From the NCBI RefSeq assembly GCF_009914755.1, contig NC_060945.1: a DNA stretch of 64,000 bases; one strand, 5' to 3'. Below the pieces are notes generated by a model, which did no database searches, had not been told where the DNA came from, and saw only the letters and a list, made by a program, of their open reading frames with translations. Made by a program: the position numbers and the translations under genes. Shown here in pieces: positions 57,960 through 64,000 of this stretch (position 1 is the first letter of the stretch; every line of letters begins with the position of its first letter). Source of the DNA: the human T2T-CHM13v2.0 reference genome, Homo sapiens.

Positions 57960-58265
57960 CTTTATTTTGTTTAGAGACTGGGTCTTGCTGTGTTGTCTGG
58001 AGTGGTGTGGCTCGATCGTAGCTCACAATACACAACGCAATCAAACTCCTGGGCTCAAAGTGATCCTTCCACTCAGCCTCCACAGTAGCTAGGTCTGCAG
58101 GTGTGTGCCAGCACGCCTAGTTTTTGATTACTATTATTATTTTTGTAGAAATGGGGGTTTCATTATGCTGCCCAGGCTGGTCTTCCAACTCCTGGCCTCA
58201 AGCGATCCTCCTGCCTTCCGCCGTCTGAGGAGCTGAGATTACAGGTGTAAGCCACCATGCTGGTC
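57960..58265 (-). mobile_element. AluJ
   Basis: agagactgggtcttgctgtg...gattacaggtgtaagccaccatgctgg. Confidence 0.82.
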
Positions 58266-58327
58266 CTGATGTCATTTAAATACAAACATGATACTATATT
58301 CCTTGTAGAAAGTGCTACATAAAGATA

Positions 58328-58615
58328 ATTTTTTTGACATAAGATCTTACTCCCTCACCCAGGCTGGAATGCAGTGGTATGATCACACCCACTGCAGCCT
58401 TGACCTCCTGGGCTTAAGTGATCCTCCCACCTCAACCTTCCAAGTAGCTGGGACCTGAGGTATGAGCCACCAAGCCCAGCGAATTTTTCAAATTTTTGGT
58501 AAAGATCGGCGTGTCACTGTGTTGCCCAGGCTGGTCTTGAACTCTTGGGCTCAAGTTACCCTCCTCCCAGGTCTCCCAAAGTGCTGGGATTACAGACCTG
58601 AAGCACTGCACAGGG
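58328..58615 (-). mobile_element. AluJ
   Basis: cacccaggctggaatgcagtgg...ctcccaaagtgctgggattacag. Confidence 0.82.
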
Positions 58616-59989
58616 TCCTAAAAATTCATTCACTTTCTTTGTTTGTCCACAAGGTGCTGCTGTTTCCCTTCTAATAACATGAGACAGCTCACTCAAGAAC
58701 ATCAAGAACACGATATTCTCTAAAAAAAATCACAGTAGTTCCTTTTCCATAACTATTAAGTTTTCAGGGTGTTATCAGGTTTATCTCATAGAAAGAATGT
58801 GTAAAATTTTTCATGTAGAAACATAATCTTTTAGCAATGAGTTACTTAAAAAATTTGGCATTGTCAGAATGAAGATTTCCTTTTCCCTATAATTTTATTA
58901 TAATTATATTTTTAATGATATCAATTGCTGTATAAAAACTCATTACATTATATACCCAATGACTGTGAAATCGTCTGCTTTGAAGCACAGTGAAATCATC
59001 AATCAGCATACTGGGTCTAACACGGATCCTTCCATTTTAAGAAAGCTATTTACACTCCAATTTGCAAGTTGGACTTTACAAAAATTAAAACATTTAGAAA
59101 ATATAGTAACTATGATTGCTTTAAAAAGTAATGGCTTTTTATGGTAAGGAAATAAATTGAAGCTCTGTGTTGGAAAGTGCAGAAAACAAATCAGCACTCT
59201 TTATAAATAGATTTTACTGCTGGTTTAGAAATTACCTTATGTGCTTTATAGATGATGGAAAATAAAATCAGCTGCAGTTAGCAGTGTGCATGCATCGTAT
59301 TTTCTGTGTCACTTTCAGAAAGATTATGGAATATTGGCAGGTCAGGATTCTCAAAATGATAAGTTCTAAGAAGAGGCTAAATGAAAAAGAATTTTAAAAG
59401 CAAGCCTAGTTGTTTAACATATACATGGACTAGTTATGGGGAAATCCTGGACTAGAAGCTAGCAGACCTATGTTCTGACTTTTACTAAGTCATTGGCTGC
59501 TACAGCCGGCCAAGCAGACATAACTGCCAAGGCTGCCTGGGAGTTGCATTGATTGGCAATTGGCACAGGGAGAGAGGACAACTGCCAGAGTAATGGCCAA
59601 ATATTCAGGGTTTCATGTTCAGTGAAGCAGGACGTGCCTTTGTATCCCAAGGTCAAAACTGACGCTAGAATCTGGACCTCCTGGCTGAATGCGAGTCTAC
59701 AGTCTGATGAGTACGATGAAGTAGTCTCAGAAATCCAAGCCAGCCAGAACCCATGAGGTGTTCTCTGCAGATATTGGCTGGTGAGCTGCATTAAGATGTT
59801 TTATTCCATTGAGAAAGCATTCCTTGATTCGTTAGGTTAGCATCCCACAAGAGCAGAGACAAATTCTTCAGAATTTGTCCATGAGGCTATAGTCCCAGAG
59901 CTTATATTTCAAGGGAGGAGGGAGGAAACAGCATCTCAGGATGGTAGGTGATTACAGCTAAACGGAATTCTGAAAATAAAAGGAACCCT

Positions 59990-60339
59990 ATGTCTTTGTC
60001 TGCTCAGGCTGCTGCTACAAACAACTGTAGACTGAGTGGCTTAAACAGCACATACTTGTTTCTCACAGTTGTGGAAATTCAAAGATTAAAATCTGGGCCA
60101 GCAGAGCCAGTGTCTGGTGAAGGCCATCTTACTGGTTTGCAGGTGTTCTTGTTGTATCTTCACATGGCTGAGAGAAGAGGGCTCTAGTCTCCTACTCTTC
60201 TTATTAGGATGCTAACCCCATTGTGGAACTCCATCCTCATCAAAACCAAATTACTTTCCAAAGGTTCTCCTTCTAATGCCATTCTATTGTAAGATTTTCA
60301 ACATGTGCATTTGTTGATGCAAACATGCAGTGCACAGCA
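59990..60339 (-). mobile_element. MLT1A-like MaLR LTR
   Basis: tgtctttgtctgctcaggctgc...agactgagtggcttaaacagca...aacatgcagtgcacagca. Confidence 0.78.
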
Positions 60340-62094
60340 ACTAATCTAATCAAATCAGTTGTCCCTTGAATAAAATTCTAGCTCCTATAACAAGACTTAA
60401 AATTATGACTTGGTTGTTGCCAAAACTGTCTATCTGGATTTGCTGGAAATCAAACGTACTTGAATATTTCCTCTAAAGATTTTCTCATTCCTTCCTTATT
60501 ATGTATATTTACAGAATCCTTAAATAATTACATACACAAGGCTTCTATTAGCTCTGACGAGAGCTTCTATTAGCTTTGACTATTGCAAGCAGCTTTATAG
60601 CAGTGTAGGTAAAACCATGTGCTTTGAAATCTTACAATAAATTTATTAAATGCTAAGCACTTTATATTCGCTATTTAATTTTATCATCTTAATCACCTTC
60701 ATTATTACCTCCATTAAACCCTATTTGTTGGCTACTTATATTATTCTGATTTTGCAAATCTAAATTTGAGAGGCTTTCCCAATGTCACATAAGTTAATAA
60801 GAGGCATAGCTGGGGTTTGAATTAAAGTCTACCTGATTCCAAGATCTATTTACCATTTTTCTACAATATGTACTTTTTAGGTCCCTGAGAATGCTAACAG
60901 CCTTTCTTTTGAAATCTGCCTTCTTTCTGGATAGCAGCTTTATTAATATGTGATTAGGGCACCATATTTCAGGCAACAAATTCTTTGAAATCTTTCATTT
61001 CTATAGTGAGATAAGGCACTGTGGCACTGTCAGCCAGAAAACATCATTTGGAGACTACCTTGTACAAGAAGTAGAAGACACAGCTGGGGGCCTGTGGAGG
61101 ACAGAAAGCTCACAGCTTCTGTCCATACCCCTTTTACTTCCTCCTCAAGGAGATGGACCTCTGTGGTTGGTCAATCTTAAGGATCTTTTATGGGCCACAG
61201 CTAATGGTGAAATCTTCCTAACTCTAGGTGAAGATTAATGGGCAAGTTGGAGAGTTAAGGTAGCTTGTGCCTGCTCCTTTTAGAAGAAAGTCTGATCATT
61301 GCTCTCTTATTTGTGGAACCCCTCTGTTTCCCCAAATGCTTGGTAAGACAAGCCTGAAGACCAATCCTGTGTCAGTAGACTTCATATCTACTCTCTTCTA
61401 CCAATCACACAACTACAGACAAATAAGAAAAATAAAACAAAGCTCAGACACACTCCGCTGGCACGGAGGCCACTCTGCAGCTGGCTGCTTTTCTCTACCC
61501 TGGCGCTTCCTGGGCATTTGGCTCTTTCTTAGATCAAACCGAGACATGGGTTTGGGATTAAAGAGAAGTAGGTGAAAGGGGTCTCTGGCCTGTTTTGGCA
61601 TTAGGCCAAGTAAATAACAGAGTTCTGGCTTAAGCTCAGCTCTGTGGAGCTTTCTCTGTGTTTGGGGAAAATCTCCGATAGTAATGAAGTGGTATTTTAC
61701 TGTGCTTCGTTTTCTGTACATATATCTCTCTCTTAGGTATGTTGTGAGGAGATTCGTTCCCTGGACAAATACCATCTTAATCACCTTCATTATTACCAAT
61801 TTTATTTTACTTGCAGAATTAAAATTTAAATAGACATTCAGGAAACAATTCTGGTGAGACAATTATGTTATGAGGTTAATCTTTCAGCATCTGCCTTAGG
61901 GACATTGATTATTTTCCCCCTTTTTTTTCACCAAGCTCCAGGCTTGCAAAAGAATTGTGATGTGGTCTGAGGCAAACTTACTGATTGGCTAGTGGTAAGT
62001 TAAACCGTAACCTGTAGGACCACTGGGAACCATTGCTTGCCACCGGCCAGAAATCCACTGTTTGGAGGTGTGCGCTGAGAAGGCTATTCATACT

Positions 62095-62310
62095 TATTGA
62101 TACATGCTTTGTTCTTGGCACTATGTTAAGTACTGGACACATGCAACAATTTGGAATATCGTTACATTCAACCCTCACAATAGTCTGATGTATATGTTAT
62201 TAGTCCCGTATTAGAGATGAGTAAACAAGATTGGAGGAAGAGAAGCACACAGCTGGAACCACACAGGTGGCACTGGGATTGGAAGCAGTTCCATCTCACC
62301 CTGGACCACC
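62095..62310 (-). mobile_element. MIR
   Basis: cttattgatacatgctttgttcttggcactatgttaagtact...aaccctcacaatag...agatgagtaaaca. Confidence 0.6.
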
Positions 62311-64000
62311 ATTTCTATGCTGTGTCTCCACTAGAGGATCCTTTCTTTGGTTCTTCTAAGTCATTAGTCACCAATAATTTATCTCCAAACTGTAGGTTTC
62401 ACAGGAAGAGATGCCACTTGAAGCTTCATGGCTTAAAATGGAGATGGAATGTGGAATATGGTGGGAAGCACCGGGAGGAGTTTATTGATAAATTTCAAGT
62501 ACTTTGTGGGGCTCTGAAAGGCTGTCTTCAAATTCTTTGTACTACTACCTCTTTCATATTAGTTCAAATGTCATATGGGTATATCTTTTGGGCTAAATTA
62601 AGGAAAATCTCCATGAAAAGTAAAAAACAAACAAAAGAACCCCAAAAGAATGGAAAGAGATACTATGAAAAATCAACTCAGATTTCTCAGAGTTTTATTA
62701 ACTCAAAGAAGCCTTGGTCCAGTTGGAAGAAGACAGAATTGATTTTGACAATCTCTAGCAAACCCTTTAGCATTCAATGCACTCTAGACCATGAGTATAA
62801 AGAAGTTCACTTAATAGGTTCACCAAATTAGTTAGTTTGTGTAGTTCAAAACGAAACAGACACACAGGACTGTGAGGTTTTGACAGGGGCGGAAGGCAAG
62901 TCTGGGTCCAGTGAGCTCAGGCAGGCCATGAAGGGGCAGGGCAGGAAAAGGACGGTGCTAGGAGGCTAGGGAACTGGCCACCTCTGTGCTGGCTGAAGAT
63001 GACAAAAATCAACACAGCTTTCTCCAAACGCTGCCCGTGCCTGATGGAATTAAACAGAGCTCTGAGAAAAACAGCACCGGGGCCGAGGATGGGTCCTGAG
63101 CTGCCTACAGTCATCAACATCTTGGCCAGTGGCTATGCATTCAGGGGCAATTTGGCTAGCTTTCTTGATCCACACTAGAAAACTCGCTTTTGAAGTGGTT
63201 TGGAAAGCTCTAAAAGGGACGTGTTTCATGCTATTGGTATTGCTGTCAAAAAGAAAAGATTCTGCTTTTCATCAGCTGTTGATTTTTGCTCTCTGTATTT
63301 CTCTAGCATCTGTTGCTGGTGGCCCTTGTTATGCTAACAAGTAGATAGTGTAGCTGCATAAGCAGAACAGAAAAGACTCTCCTGGATTCTCAGTTCCAGG
63401 CTGGCCTGGGAATAGGCTTAGGGATGTTTCAATGCTTCAATGCAGGTGAGCTGGAGATCTGTGGCAATTCTTTTGACATGAGGCTGGACATTCTTTATAG
63501 CTTCCCCAGACACAGGAATTGGCAGGGCTTGAAAAAGAATCACTGGCAGGAGGTTCATTTTCTTTATTGCTACCTCCCCAGCCATAAAACTAAAAGCTTT
63601 TTACCTAAATCAGGTTAGCCATCTTGTGGGAGTAGGAGATCATTTCTTTCAGTCTTTCCCGATTGCATTCTAGTCCTAGGATGGTTTGAACGGTCCGTTT
63701 GAATTTGAAGAGCTTTCTAGTTGACGCTTCTCATCCCCTCTCCAACCAGTCTTATTTGGTGTCATCTGCCTTTCCCCTTCCTCCCTACCAAACCTCAGAG
63801 TCTTGAAACAAAAATCTTTGTATTGTAAACTTCATCATGCTAATTTCATCACTTCAAACGAACCTTCCCTTGTTTGAGTTTCCTGCAACTGTGTGACTTA
63901 GGGTTGTCGAACTCTTTCAAATACACAGGAAAATGGAAACCTCTTTTGGTGTCTAGTGATTGTATAATAAAACATTTTCAGATGCTAATCACATGCTTTG

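Noticed and set aside
59468-59791. Possible lncRNA exon or pseudogene fragment (ORFs on both strands)
   Set aside because: No recognisable homology and no convincing splice-site pair.
62217-62831. 204-aa ORF
   Set aside because: It starts inside a MIR, has no recognisable domain and no supporting gene structure.

Overview
Human genomic DNA; an L1HS-Ta element carries the human-specific diagnostic bases. The left 25 kb holds a complete 9-exon, intron-containing FRG1 paralog on the minus strand (about 2850-24990) with an intact CpG-island promoter. It is a duplicated pseudogene: 1-nt deletion in exon 2, TGG>TGA in exon 3, lost exon-4 acceptor, lost exon-5 donor and altered exon-9 acceptor. The rest is repeat-rich upstream sequence (Alu, L1, MaLR LTRs, MER/Tigger/MADE1, MIR). 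Most notable: (1) a young L1HS Ta-1 insertion with twin-priming inversion, TSD and a 29-bp 3' transduction that tags its source element; (2) the pseudogene lesions are placed so that an exon 2-to-6 splice would restore a frame from the native ATG; (3) a diverged local duplication around an orphan GC-rich promoter/first-exon-like element, with a 35-bp templated copy of sequence 10.6 kb away near its left breakpoint; (4) a 5'-half tRNA-Arg(ACG) retrocopy; (5) a 36-bp tandem repeat whose differences are all synonymous in one frame. Comparisons to FRG1 and to repeat consensus sequences are from memory, and repeat boundaries are approximate. I see no prokaryotic systems or CRISPR.
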